Below are positions 18,641-29,848 of a DNA stretch of 64,000 nt, piece after piece. Location: NCBI GenBank assembly GCA_904419495.1, contig CAJFRV010000007.1:21763-85762 (forward strand), read 5' to 3'. Position numbers and translations under genes: made by a program. Positions within the stretch are counted from its first letter, which is position 1. Every line of letters begins with the position of its first letter. The DNA comes from an uncultured Clostridia bacterium. Its GTDB lineage: Bacteria > Bacillota > Clostridia > TANB77 > CAG-508. The notes under the pieces are model-generated. The model saw only the letters and a list, made by a program, of their open reading frames with translations. It had not been told where the DNA came from and made no database searches.

Positions 18641-19783
18641 ATGTTAAAGAAGGTAGCAATACTAGCAAATGGTGGAGATGTATCAGGATTTAATGCGGTA
18701 ATCAGAGCAATCAAGAAAACATGTGAAACAAATGGAATAGAATGCTATGGTTATATTGACGGATACAGAGGATTAGTAAAAAATAATTATGTTAGATTAG
18801 ATGGAAATGAATTAGCTTCAGGAATTTTGCCAAAAGGTGGTTCTATTATTGGATCATCAACAAATGCTATTGTGTTCCATTATAAAGTAGAACATGAAGA
18901 TGGAACAGTGACATATGAAGACTTATCAGACCAATGTGTAAAAAATGTAAAAGAAGCAGGATTTGATTGTGTATTTACATTAGGAGGAGACAGTACACAA
19001 AAATCAGCTAGAGACTTATACTTAAAAGGAATTAACACAATTGGTGTGCCAAAAACAATAGATAATGATGTTGCATGTACAGATATTACATTTGGATATA
19101 ATACAGCTGTTCATGTAGCGACTGAAGCTTTAGATAGATTACACACAACTGCAGAAACACATGATAGAATTATGGTATTAGAAGTAATGGGAAGGTTTGC
19201 AGGGTGGATAGCATTAGAATCTGCTATTTCTGGAGGAGCAGATGTGGCTTTAATACCAGAAATACCATACGATATTAATAAAGCAGCAGAAGCTATCAAT
19301 AAAAGAAAAGAAAATGGAAAAAGATTTAGTGTTGTGGTTGTTTCAGAAGGAGCACATCCAAAGGATGAAGAAGGAACAACACATTCAGCAGAAGGAATTG
19401 ACAATAAAGCAGGGATTAGTGTTAAATTCGGAGGAGAAGGCAATAGAGTTGCAAAAAAACTTCAAGAATTAACAGGATTAGAATCAAGATGTACAATTTT
19501 AGGATATATGCAAAGAGGAGGAACTCCAACAGCATATGATAGAGTATTATCTACAAAATATGGTGCAAAAGCAGTAGAACTTGCTATGGAAGGACAGTTT
19601 GGAGTATTAACAGTTATAAAGAACGGGAAATTAGATTGTGTACCATTAGAAGTTGTAGTCGGAGAAAACAAAGAAATAGGAGCTGTTCAAGGTGGTACAG
19701 CAGAAAGTAATGTTAGATACGTAACAATGGATGATGACTTAGTAAAAACAGCAAGAGATATAGGAATATGTTTAGGAGATTAG
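18641..19783 (+). CDS. pfk: 6-phosphofructokinase (PfkA family, long ~380 aa form)
   Basis: LGGDST (GGDGS-type) motif, PKTIDND motif, MGR motif (MGRFAGW), RBS AAGGGAGGA before the ATG at 18641. Confidence 0.85.
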   Translation: MLKKVAILANGGDVSGFNAVIRAIKKTCETNGIECYGYIDGYRGLVKNNYVRLDGNELASGILPKGGSIIGSSTNAIVFHYKVEHEDGTVTYEDLSDQCVKNVKEAGFDCVFTLGGDSTQKSARDLYLKGINTIGVPKTIDNDVACTDITFGYNTAVHVATEALDRLHTTAETHDRIMVLEVMGRFAGWIALESAISGGADVALIPEIPYDINKAAEAINKRKENGKRFSVVVVSEGAHPKDEEGTTHSAEGIDNKAGISVKFGGEGNRVAKKLQELTGLESRCTILGYMQRGGTPTAYDRVLSTKYGAKAVELAMEGQFGVLTVIKNGKLDCVPLEVVVGENKEIGAVQGGTAESNVRYVTMDDDLVKTARDIGICLGD

Positions 19784-19885
19784 TTTATTTTAAAAAGTAA
19801 AAAATCAAAAAAATAGTAAATAAGCTTATATACATAAGTTTATTACTATTTTTTTATAAAGATAATAATATTAGGGGAAAAAATA

Positions 19886-21205
19886 ATGAATATATTAATG
19901 TATTATATTAAATATTTAAAGGAAAGAAAACAAAAAATGAATTTTTTTCTTACAAATTCTTTTTATCACACAAATGGGCAATGGCCCCCTAAGAGTGATG
20001 AAGATTATAAGAATGATTTAATCAGAAAATTTATAAGTGAATTTAGAAAAAAAGTAAAAAGAAAACTAAAAGTTAGAATTTTCAGTTGTGTACCTGAATT
20101 ATCTATGGATGGAAGTTTTTTTTATTCTGATGAAAAAGGTGAATTTTTAACTTTTACAATTTATTTGGAAAATGTACCTCCAGAAAGAATTGGACTAAAA
20201 AAAGGAGTGTATATTGATAATAATCATGATATTGTAAAAATTTTTTATAAGACATTAAAAAGATATAGATTACCGGGAATTGATAAAAGTACAAGAATAA
20301 AATTTTTCATAACAAACTATCAAGATTGTTATGAAGGAAAAATATGTTTTAGTGTAGAAGAAGAGCTAAAAAAATCAGCAAGAACACATAAAGAGTTATC
20401 TGTAACAACAACAAATGATGGTTTTGTACTTGGATTGGAAGATGAAGTATATAATCAATATATAAATGATGAAAAGTATTTGAAAAAATATAGAAACATG
20501 ATCATAAAAAGAGTAAAAAAACTAGATACAGAAAATAGAATTGATTTAAATAAAATTGTAGTTTATATAGAACCATTATCTGTATGGCATGAAAAGGCAT
20601 GGAATCAAAGTCGATCAGGAATACTTTTAGAAAATGTAAAAAAAATCGAGCCTACAACAGATGAAAATGAAGGGAGAACCATGATAGACTATAATCCAGT
20701 AAATGAAAAAGGCTTTTACAAAAGCTATATGTTTTTATCAAAAGCAATGGTTATACTTTTAATTATAAGTCTAGTGATGGACAGTTTGGTAAAATTACTT
20801 TTCTTTGGATTACTATTACCAATTTATGTTATTATTTCTATAATATTCTTCTTTGGATATCTTAAATCATCAAAAATCTTTTCTATTGTTCTAGTAGCCT
20901 TATTACTATTATTTTCTATTAGCAATTATAAATATATATTAGATACAAAGATATTTTTTGAAGGAGGAGGCGTTACTGAGATAGGTACATGGGAAGAATT
21001 ATCAAATGATTCTTATGATTATATTATGATAAAAAGTAAACCAGTTCGAAATTATTATACAATAGGAAAAATAAATGATAAGGTATTTAAGATTAAAGAA
21101 AAACTAATTAGTGGAAAAAAATATAAAATAAGATATTTACCAAATACGAATATAATATTAGGAGTAACGCTCTTAAATGATCAAAATATGAACGATAATG
21201 AATGA
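19886..21205 (+). CDS. Hypothetical protein with a C-terminal cluster of TM helices (the start may be the internal ATG at 19937)
   Basis: ORF only; three hydrophobic helices (aa ~285-345); no conserved motifs recognised. Confidence 0.4.
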   Translation: MNILMYYIKYLKERKQKMNFFLTNSFYHTNGQWPPKSDEDYKNDLIRKFISEFRKKVKRKLKVRIFSCVPELSMDGSFFYSDEKGEFLTFTIYLENVPPERIGLKKGVYIDNNHDIVKIFYKTLKRYRLPGIDKSTRIKFFITNYQDCYEGKICFSVEEELKKSARTHKELSVTTTNDGFVLGLEDEVYNQYINDEKYLKKYRNMIIKRVKKLDTENRIDLNKIVVYIEPLSVWHEKAWNQSRSGILLENVKKIEPTTDENEGRTMIDYNPVNEKGFYKSYMFLSKAMVILLIISLVMDSLVKLLFFGLLLPIYVIISIIFFFGYLKSSKIFSIVLVALLLLFSISNYKYILDTKIFFEGGGVTEIGTWEELSNDSYDYIMIKSKPVRNYYTIGKINDKVFKIKEKLISGKKYKIRYLPNTNIILGVTLLNDQNMNDNE

Positions 21206-21325
21206 GTTTTATAGTTTTTATTTCTCAAATTTGACTAAAAGAGAAAAAGATGTTAACATAAATGTAAGAGGGAAGCAGCATATTTTAAAGTTTAATTAAA
21301 CATTAAAGATAAGGGGGCATTTTCT

Positions 21326-21712
21326 ATGTGGAGATATATACAACAGATAAAATGGTGGATAATTGGTTATGCAATAATTGTTTTAATCGTGTCAGTGGTA
21401 GGCAATTTTACATTACCAACAATGTTAATTTCATTAGTGGCATTACTATTATTACTTACCCTGTTTGACATGAATTGCTATCAAAAAGCCAATATGTTAT
21501 ACAATCGGTATGCAAGGTTACAGAATCGATTGAATACATTGCGGAAAAATGAGCAGGTGCCGGAAGAATATTGGAAAGACTTTAAAAAATTGGAAGTATA
21601 TATTAGAAATAATAGACAGCTACTTAAAAAATATGAAGATGTATATCTCATAGAAAGGCAAGCTGTCAAAAGAATTTTAAAAGAAAAAAGAAAAATGCTA
21701 ACCACTAAGTAA
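21326..21712 (+). CDS. Hypothetical small membrane protein
   Basis: ORF with two TM helices and a basic C-terminus. Confidence 0.4.
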   Translation: MWRYIQQIKWWIIGYAIIVLIVSVVGNFTLPTMLISLVALLLLLTLFDMNCYQKANMLYNRYARLQNRLNTLRKNEQVPEEYWKDFKKLEVYIRNNRQLLKKYEDVYLIERQAVKRILKEKRKMLTTK

Positions 21713-21731
21713 TACAAAGTGGTTTCCCTCT

Positions 21732-21770
21732 AAGAGGATGTTTTGGAAAAACCAAGACATCCTCTTTATT
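21732..21770 (+). terminator. Stem-loop terminator candidate (aagaggatgt...acatcctctt)
   Basis: 10-bp inverted repeat followed by TATT; it is preceded by a second short hairpin, accact...agtggt. Confidence 0.45.
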
Positions 21771-21861
21771 ACATTTATATTACATTTTAATGATTTTAGT
21801 TGTGATAAAAAAATATTATTGGTATAATTTGGGTATAATAAAATACGAAGGAGGAATCGTT

Positions 21862-23028
21862 ATGTTAAAATCAAATGTAGCATGGAGTACAAATGAAGAT
21901 AGTTATACGCAAGGAAAAGAAGCAGCAGAGAAAGCAGTTGTAGACTTAGTACAAACAAAAGTCGCATTTTTATATACATCAGTAGACTGTGATGTCAAAA
22001 AAGTATTAGAAGGAGCAAAATCTGAATTAGGAACAGCACCAATTATAGGATGTACATCAAGTGCAGGTATCATTGTACCAGATGGTTTTATTTCATCAGA
22101 TAATGGATTTACAGGAATATTAGCATTAGGTGATCCAGATACAGAAGTTGGTGTGGCAAGTTCTGAAAGAGGTAGAGATCCAAGAGAAACAGGAAGAAAA
22201 GTAGCAATGGAAGCTATGAAAATGGCAGGTAGAACAGATGCACCTCAATATTTCTATATGGTAGCTTCTCCAGCAGAAGAAGAATTCTATATTAAAGGAA
22301 TTGAAGATGTTATAGGAAGAGTTCCTGTATTTGGTGGAAGTGCAGCAGATAATACAGTAGAAGGAAAATGGAGCATTTATACAAATGATAAAATATTTGC
22401 AGATGGTGTTGCAGTTGCATTTTTCTATACAGATAAAGAAATGAAAAATGTATATACAGGAGAATATCATGAAACAACAAATTCAGGAGTTATTACAAAA
22501 ATAAAGGGAAATAGAACATTAGTAGAAATTGATGGAACACCAGCAATTAAAAAATATGCTTCTTGGACAGGAAAAAAACTAAAAGATTTAGAAGCAGATA
22601 ACTTATTAGTTTCAACAATTACAGCGCCTTTAGGTGTAAAAGATAGACTAGGAGATTTAATTGCTATACGCCATCCAATGTATGGAAATGAAGATGGATC
22701 TATGAATATAGGTGCAAATTTAGCAGTAAATACAGCTGTTATTCAAATGGAGGCATCTGTTGATGAATTAATCAATTCTACAGGAAAAACAATGAAAGAA
22801 TTAAATAAAGAAATGAATGGAGATGTAGGTGCATATTTATTAGTTCATTGTGGAGGAAGAAGACTAGGAATTGGTGATAGAATTGATGAAGTTGCAAAAC
22901 AACTAAAGAAAGAAGCAAAAGGTGTACCATTTATTACTATATTTACATTTGGAGAATATGGAGTAAAAGATCATGGTGCTAATACAACAGGAGGTTTAAT
23001 GCTATCATTTACGGCATTTGGTAAATGA
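21862..23028 (+). CDS. FIST-domain (FIST N/C) sensory protein (tentative)
   Basis: ~390 aa soluble protein. Its two-domain layout ends in a FTFGEYG-type motif, as in FIST C domains. RBS GGAGGAATCG before the ATG at 21862. Confidence 0.4.
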   Translation: MLKSNVAWSTNEDSYTQGKEAAEKAVVDLVQTKVAFLYTSVDCDVKKVLEGAKSELGTAPIIGCTSSAGIIVPDGFISSDNGFTGILALGDPDTEVGVASSERGRDPRETGRKVAMEAMKMAGRTDAPQYFYMVASPAEEEFYIKGIEDVIGRVPVFGGSAADNTVEGKWSIYTNDKIFADGVAVAFFYTDKEMKNVYTGEYHETTNSGVITKIKGNRTLVEIDGTPAIKKYASWTGKKLKDLEADNLLVSTITAPLGVKDRLGDLIAIRHPMYGNEDGSMNIGANLAVNTAVIQMEASVDELINSTGKTMKELNKEMNGDVGAYLLVHCGGRRLGIGDRIDEVAKQLKKEAKGVPFITIFTFGEYGVKDHGANTTGGLMLSFTAFGK

Positions 23029-23160
23029 AGAGCAGGGAAAAAACCACAATCCAAAGAAAATTATGAATGTACAATTGAAAATTATACAACAAAAGAAGGA
23101 CACAACATAGAAATAGCAGTTTGTAAAAATAAAAATCTTGATATAAAGGAGGAAACAACA

Positions 23161-24594
23161 GTGAAAAATTTAATAGGATATGAATGGAAAGAAGCTTCAA
23201 ATGAAGCAAAAATAGAGGTTGTTAATCCTGCAACACAAGAACTAATTGATACAGTACCAAATGTAACAGAAGAAGACGTGGATACTGCAGTAAAAGTAGC
23301 AATGGTAGAGCAAAAGAAATGGGAAAAAGTATCTATTTATGAAAGAGCAGATATTTTATATAAATTTGTAGATCTAGTAGAAGAAAATAAAGAAAGATTA
23401 GCAATTCTTTTATCAAATGAGACAGGTAAACCAATCAGAGAGGCAAGAGGCGAAATTGCAAATGTCAGAATTGGTACAAGAGGATTTATTGAAAGAGCAA
23501 AACATTTATATGGTGAAAGCATTCCAGCAGGTACAGAAGCAGGACAAGAAACAACAATGCAAATTACAAAAAGATATCCAATTGGTGTTATTGCAGCAAT
23601 TATCCCATTTAATTTCCCAAGTGACTTATTCTGTCAAAAAGTACCACCAGCATTAATGATGGGAAATAGTATCATTGTAAAACCATCAAACTATAATCCA
23701 TTAACATTAATAGAATATGTAAAATTAATGATACAGGCAGGAGTACCAGCAGGTTGTATTCAAATATTAACAGGTGATGGACCAACAGCAGGACAAGCGC
23801 TAGCAAGACATCCGGGAGTTCATTTAGTATCTCTAACAGGAGGTACAGCAGCTGGAATACAAACGATGGGAACAGCATCAAAAAATCTAACGCATGTTAT
23901 GTTAGAATTAGGCGGAAATGATGCATTTATTTTCTTAGAAGATGGAGACATGGACTTAGCAGTAAAAGAAACGATCTGGGGAAGATTATATAATGGCGGA
24001 CAAGTTTGCTGTGCAAGTAAAAGATTTTTAATTCATAATTCTAGAAAACAAGAATTTATAGACAGGATGAAAGAAGTTATCTCTAATCTGAAAGTTGGAG
24101 ATCCAATGCAAGAAGATACAGATATGGGACCAATGATTAATATAAATGCAGCAAAAAGAATTGAAGAACAAGTAAATCAAATGGTAGCAGAAGGTGCAAC
24201 AATCGTTTGTGGAGGAAAAAGGGAAGATGCTTATTATTATCCAACTATCTTAGATAATGTGACCAAAGATATGGAAGTTGCAAAAGATATGGAAATCTTT
24301 GGACCAGTTATTTCTGTTATTGGATTTGACGATGTGGAAGAAGCGATCGAAATCGCAAATCAATCTTCATATGGATTATGTGGATGTGTCATCTCAAAAG
24401 ATTATTCAAGAGCAATGAAAATAGCTGATAAACTAGAATGTGGAGGAGCAGTTGTAAATGGTGCAAGTTTCTATCGTTCATTCGAAATGCCATTTGGTGG
24501 ATGGAAACATTCTGGAATTGGAAATGAAGGAGTTCTAACAACACTACAAGAAATGTCAAGAGTCAAAACAATTGTATTGAAAAATATATTATAG
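23161..24594 (+). CDS. NAD(P)+-dependent aldehyde dehydrogenase
   Basis: ELGGNDAF (ELGGK-type) motif, catalytic Cys in GQVCCAS, GxxxxG NAD-binding region (LTGGTAAG), GTG start behind AAAGGAGGA. Confidence 0.85.
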   Translation: MKNLIGYEWKEASNEAKIEVVNPATQELIDTVPNVTEEDVDTAVKVAMVEQKKWEKVSIYERADILYKFVDLVEENKERLAILLSNETGKPIREARGEIANVRIGTRGFIERAKHLYGESIPAGTEAGQETTMQITKRYPIGVIAAIIPFNFPSDLFCQKVPPALMMGNSIIVKPSNYNPLTLIEYVKLMIQAGVPAGCIQILTGDGPTAGQALARHPGVHLVSLTGGTAAGIQTMGTASKNLTHVMLELGGNDAFIFLEDGDMDLAVKETIWGRLYNGGQVCCASKRFLIHNSRKQEFIDRMKEVISNLKVGDPMQEDTDMGPMININAAKRIEEQVNQMVAEGATIVCGGKREDAYYYPTILDNVTKDMEVAKDMEIFGPVISVIGFDDVEEAIEIANQSSYGLCGCVISKDYSRAMKIADKLECGGAVVNGASFYRSFEMPFGGWKHSGIGNEGVLTTLQEMSRVKTIVLKNIL

Positions 24595-24598
24595 CATT

Positions 24599-24704
24599 TG
24601 TCCAATTGGGGACGTTTCTGTTTGGGACATTTTTACGTAAACTAGAAAATGACTCAAATAGTAAACATAAAAATGTCCCAAACAGAAACGTCCCCAATTG
24701 GACA
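24599..24704. repeat. REPIN-like element, family 1: two 36-bp REP arms in inverted orientation around a 35-bp spacer
   Basis: tgtccaattggggacgtttctgtttgggacattttt ... aaaatgtcccaaacagaaacgtccccaattggaca is a perfect reverse-complement pair. Each arm holds two direct TTGGGGAC / TTTGGGAC half-sites. Confidence 0.65.
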
Positions 24705-24735
24705 CTTGATTGAACAAGGAATAGGTGAGAATAAA

Positions 24736-25377
24736 ATGAGTAAAAAGAAAATCATAATTATTTCAATATGTGTAATAGTTGTATTAATTATATTGGGAGT
24801 AGCTATATATTTTATAAGCAAAAATATAGAAGCAAGTGCAAATGAAAATAAATTATCAAAAATGTATAATAAAATGATGGAAAATAAGACTTATACAATT
24901 TCATTCAAATTAGATGATAATAATCAAAATACTATTTCAAGGAATGGAAATATGGCCAATATAGATACTTATAGTAATGGAAAGCATACCACTACAATTA
25001 TACGTGATGGAAATACACACTTGTTACTATATGATACCAAAAAATTTTACACGTATCAGAATAATGATATAGAGCTAGAAGAATTACCTAATAGCCTAAA
25101 TAAAATTTTACAAAGCCAAGAACCAACCAAAGGCGAGGAAGAAGTAAACGGAACAATGTACAAGTATGAAGAGTATAAAGGTGTAAATAGTTTTTTAATG
25201 AATGCCGATGATGAAACTTCAGAAGGAAATATTTCTACAAAATTTTACTTTAAAGGTGATAATTTAAAATATATAAAAACGATTATGGGAGATACATCTG
25301 AATTGTTAGAAATAAATTTATCTTATGGAACAGATAATAAGGCATTTGAAATACCTACTGATTTCCAAGAAGGATAA
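24736..25377 (+). CDS. Hypothetical exported/membrane-anchored protein (start trimmed so that it lies outside the REPIN)
   Basis: MSKKKIIIISICVIVVLIILGVAIYF signal-anchor; RBS AGGTGAG. Confidence 0.45.
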   Translation: MSKKKIIIISICVIVVLIILGVAIYFISKNIEASANENKLSKMYNKMMENKTYTISFKLDDNNQNTISRNGNMANIDTYSNGKHTTTIIRDGNTHLLLYDTKKFYTYQNNDIELEELPNSLNKILQSQEPTKGEEEVNGTMYKYEEYKGVNSFLMNADDETSEGNISTKFYFKGDNLKYIKTIMGDTSELLEINLSYGTDNKAFEIPTDFQEG

Positions 25378-25484
25378 TTCTTAGAGTTTTTAGGGAAATA
25401 ATGTTTTATAGTAAAAGAAAAATGACGGACAAAATTTAGTCCGCATTTTCTCTGTGTAAATTAATATTTGAGGAGGAATAAAAA

Positions 25485-26639
25485 ATGTCAATGAAATTTG
25501 TTTTAAATGAAACATCATATTTTGGGAAAGGAGCAAGAGAAGAACTTGCAGGAGAAATTCAAAAAAGAGGTTTTAAAAAAGTATTTTTGGTAAGTGATAA
25601 ATCTTTAGTAGAAGCTGGAGTAACAGCTAAAGTAGAAGAAGTATTAAATAAAGCAGGAATTCCATATGATCTATATGATGAAATTAAACCAAATCCAACA
25701 ATAAAGAATGTAACAGATGGTGTGGAAGCTTGTAAACAATCAGGAGCAGATATCATTGTTGCTGTAGGTGGTGGATCAAGTATTGATACATCAAAAGGAA
25801 TTTCAATTGTTATGACAAATCCAGATAGAGCAGATATCAAATCATTGAACGGAGCTTCAAATACAGTTAATAGAGGAATGCCAATTATTGCACTTCCAAC
25901 AACAGCTGGAACGGCAGCAGAAGTTACAATAAATTATGTAATAACAGATGAAGATGCTGAAATTAAAATGGTTTGTGTAGATCCAAATGATATTCCAATT
26001 TTAGCAATAGTAGATTCAGAATTAATGGCATCAATGCCTAAAAGTTTAGCAGCAGCAACAGGTATGGATGCATTGACACATGCAGTTGAAGGATATATTA
26101 CATTAGCACATAATGAAATGTCAGATATGTTTCATATGAAGGCTATTAAAATGATATTTAAATATTTAGCAGCAGCTGTTAATGACAAAGATGAGGAAGC
26201 AATTGAGATGATGGGAATGGCACAATATATTGCTGGAATGGGATTTTCAAATGTAGGACTTGGAATTGTTCATTCTATGGCACATCAATTAGGTGCTGTA
26301 TATGATACACCACATGGTATTGCTAATGCTATGTTACTTCCAACAGTTATGGAATTTAATGGAGAAGTATGTTATGAAAGATTTAGAGATATCTTAAAAG
26401 AATTAGGATATCCAGCTGATAAATATACAAAAGAAGAAGTTATAAAAACTTTTGTAAATAGAATTAAAGACTTATCAGAAGAAGTAGGAATTACTACAAA
26501 AATAACAGATTATGGTGCTAAAGAAGAAGATTTTGAAATGCTTGCAGATAAAGCTATGAATGATCCATGTAAACCGGGAAATCCAAGAGAAGTAGACAAA
26601 GAGACTTTTGTAGAATTATATAGAAAAGCAGCAGAATAA
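25485..26639 (+). CDS. Iron-containing (group III) alcohol dehydrogenase
   Basis: GGGSSIDTSKG NAD motif and metal-binding His cluster (GMDALTHAVE, VHSMAHQLG), 384 aa. Confidence 0.85.
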   Translation: MSMKFVLNETSYFGKGAREELAGEIQKRGFKKVFLVSDKSLVEAGVTAKVEEVLNKAGIPYDLYDEIKPNPTIKNVTDGVEACKQSGADIIVAVGGGSSIDTSKGISIVMTNPDRADIKSLNGASNTVNRGMPIIALPTTAGTAAEVTINYVITDEDAEIKMVCVDPNDIPILAIVDSELMASMPKSLAAATGMDALTHAVEGYITLAHNEMSDMFHMKAIKMIFKYLAAAVNDKDEEAIEMMGMAQYIAGMGFSNVGLGIVHSMAHQLGAVYDTPHGIANAMLLPTVMEFNGEVCYERFRDILKELGYPADKYTKEEVIKTFVNRIKDLSEEVGITTKITDYGAKEEDFEMLADKAMNDPCKPGNPREVDKETFVELYRKAAE

Positions 26640-26739
26640 AATAAATCATAAATTTAAAAGAAAGTAATTCTATATAAATATTTATAAAAACACTTGTAAA
26701 ATCTAGAAAAATGTGCAATAATATTAACATAAAAGAAAA

Positions 26740-27045
26740 AGACAATAAAAAAGAGGAGTACATTTACACATATTTTTAGAGAATAGAAGTCATTGGCTGA
26801 AAGCTTCTTAAATCATGATAAATGGAAGGTAGCTTTTTTGTTGATATTCTGAAATAGTAGTAAGAATATCCGTTTAAGCAACGTTAAATGCTAAATGAGA
26901 TGTATAGTTATTTGCAAATGCAAAATAAATTTAAATCTTAATGAATTTTAAAAGGCGAAAATAAAAGCAAATAATTATATAAGTAAGGTGGTACCGTGAA
27001 TATCATTCGCCCTTATGTTTTATACATAAGGGCTTTTTTGAATTT
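26740..27045 (+). ncRNA. T-box riboswitch leader of valS (candidate GUC valine specifier)
   Basis: T-box core aaggtggtaccgtg (26985..26999) overlaps the 5' arm of an intrinsic terminator cgcccttatgttttatacataagggcttttttg (27009..27041). AGAGA and a candidate GUC specifier lie at 26778..26791. A sigma-A-like promoter TTGTAA-18-TGcAATAAT sits at ~26693. Confidence 0.6.
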
Positions 27046-27061
27046 TTATAAAAGGAGGAAG

Positions 27062-29730
27062 ATGAATATGCAGGATAAGTATAATCCAAAAGATTTTGAA
27101 GAAAAATTATATCAAGAATGGGAGGCAAAAGGCTATTTTAAACCAAGTATGGATAAAACCAAAGAAAGTTATTGCATTATGATGCCACCTCCAAATGTAA
27201 CTGGAAAATTACACATGGGGCATGCATTAGATGATACTATTCAAGATATTTTAATTCGTTTTAAAAGAATGCAAGGATATAATACTTTATGGCTTCCCGG
27301 AAGTGATCATGCTTCTATTTCAACAGAAATGAAAGTAGTTGAGAAATTAAAAAATGAAGGAAAAACAAAGCAAGAACTAGGTCGAGAAAAATTTTTAGAG
27401 GAAGCATGGGAATGGACAAGAATTTATGGAGGTACAATTCAAGAACAACAAAAGAAATTGGGATGTTCTTGTGATTGGGACAGAAGGAGATTTACCTTAG
27501 ATGAAGGATTATCAGATGCCGTTTTAGAACAATTCGTTGATTTATATAATAAGGGGTTAATTTATAAAGGAAAAAGAATGATTAACTATTGTCCAAGTTG
27601 TAAGACATCTATATCAGATGCAGAAGTAGAATACAAAGAAGAAGCTTCTCATCTATGGCATATTCGTTATCAGATAACAGGTGAAAAAGATAGATATATT
27701 ATTGTTGCTACAACAAGACCTGAAACCATGTTAGGAGATACAGCAGTTGCAGTTCACCCAGATGATGAAAGATATAAGGATTTAGTTGGAAAAACATGTA
27801 TTTTACCAATTATGAATAAAGAAATCCCAATTATTGCAGATGAATTTGTTGATAAAGAATTTGGAACAGGATGTGTTAAAATTACACCAGCACATGATAT
27901 GAATGATTATCAAGCAGGTTTAAGACATAACCTAGAGATTGTAGAAGTATTTGATGAAGATTATAAAATGGGTGATTTAGTTCCAGAATATAAAGGAATG
28001 GACTTATTAGAGGCTAGAAAAGCAATTGTGAAAAAACTAGAAGAAATTGGAGCATTAGTAAAAACAGAAGATTATACGCATAATGTAGCAAAATGTGAAA
28101 GATGTAAAACGACGATAGAGCCAAAAATATCTGAGCAATGGTTTGTTTCTATGAAAGAATTAGCAAAAAGAGCAGCAGACTCTGTTAGAAATCATGAGGC
28201 TAGATTTATTCCTAAAAAATATGAAAAACAATATTTTAATTGGCTAGATAATATACAAGATTGGTGTATTTCAAGACAATTATGGTGGGGACATCAAATA
28301 CCAGCATATTATTGCGAAGAATGTGGACATATTAATGTTGCAAAAACGGCACCTACAAAATGTGAAAAATGTGGAAGTACAAAATTACATCAAGATGAAG
28401 ATACATTAGATACATGGTTTAGTTCTGCATTATGGCCATTCTCAACTTTAGGTTGGCCAAACATGAAACAGAAGATTATAAAACATTCTATCCAACAAAT
28501 GTATTGGTTACAGGATTTGATATTATTACTTTCTGGGTATCTAGAATGATGTCACAGGGCCTAGAATTTACTGGTCAAGCACCATTTAAAGATATTTTAA
28601 TCCACGGAATGGTTCGTGATAGTCAAGGAAGAAAAATGTCTAAAACATTAGGAAATGGTATAGATCCAATTGAAATCATTGATGAATATGGAGCAGATAG
28701 TTTAAGATTTGCTGTCATATCAGGAACGACAATGGGAAATGACATTCGATACATGCCAGAAAAATTGGAACAAGCATCAAACTTTGCCAATAAAATATGG
28801 AATGCAACAAAATTTATTAGAAACAATGAAGTGAACGATGAAGATATTATTGATTTCCATACAAAAGTATTTGACAAAGAAACAGGTAAATACAAGAAAG
28901 AATTATTAAACTTAGAAGATAAATGGATTATTAATAAACTAGAAACATTAATCACAGAAGTAACCAATAATATGGAAAATTATGACTTAGGTGTTGCGTT
29001 AGATAAAGTATATAACTTTATATGGAATGAATTTTGTGATTGGTATATTGAAATGGTAAAACCAAGACTATATAGTGATGATTATAATGAAAAAGTAAAA
29101 GTTTGTTATGTATTAGATTATGTATTTGGTATTTCAATGAAACTATTACACCCATTTATGCCATTTGTTACAACAGAAATTTATAGAAATTTAGTACAAT
29201 ATAATGACAAAGAATTGATGGTATCAAAATGGCCTTATGCAAAAAATGAGAATACATTTAAAGAGGAAGAAGCGTTTGTAGAAAGACTAAAATCGATTAT
29301 TACAGAAATTAGAAATACAAGAGCAAACATGAATGTACATCCATCTAAAAAAGCAGAGTTAATCTTTGTTACTGAGAAATATGAGGAAGAAATTCAAGAA
29401 GCTAAAGAATTCTTGCTAAAATTAGGATTTGGAAATAATATTAGAATTCAAAAAGATAAAGTGGGAATCAAAGACAATGCAATTAGTATACTAGAAGAAG
29501 GAATTGCATTATATATGCCATTTGAAGGCTTAGTGGATATGGAACAAGAAAGAAAACGATTAGAAGAAGAGAAAAAAAGACTAGAAGGAGAAGTTGCTAG
29601 ATGTGAAAAGATGCTTTCTAATCCGGGATTTATGAATAAAGCCCCACAAAGTAAGATTGATGAAGAAAAAGCAAAGCTAGAGAAATATAAAGAAATGTTA
29701 GAAAAAGTAAAAGAAAATTTGAAAAATTAA
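27062..29730 (+). CDS. valS: Valyl-tRNA synthetase, split by a 1-nt frameshift at ~28457..28462 (ccaaac, probably ccaaaac)
   Basis: HIGH motif (KLHMGHAL), KMSKS motif (KMSKTLGN), ValS-specific editing and anticodon-binding regions. The two ORFs (26996..28549, 28432..29730) rejoin if one A is added to the A-run, giving [15 protein letters not shown]. Confidence 0.85.
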
Positions 29731-29805
29731 TTATATAGAGCAGATACTTCTGATAGAATAAATATATTAGATTATAGATAAACAAAAAATATACTATCAA
29801 AATAA

Positions 29806-29848
29806 AAAGATACCTCATTCCATGAAAATATAAGGTATCTTTTTATTT
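29806..29848. terminator. Bidirectional intrinsic terminator between convergent valS and the deacetylase gene
   Basis: aagatacct...aggtatctt stem with T-tracts on both sides. Confidence 0.55.

Noticed and set aside
26996-27061. Annotated N-terminal extension of valS ([22 protein letters not shown])
   Set aside because: It is read straight through the T-box terminator hairpin. The genuine start is ATG 27062, behind a strong RBS.
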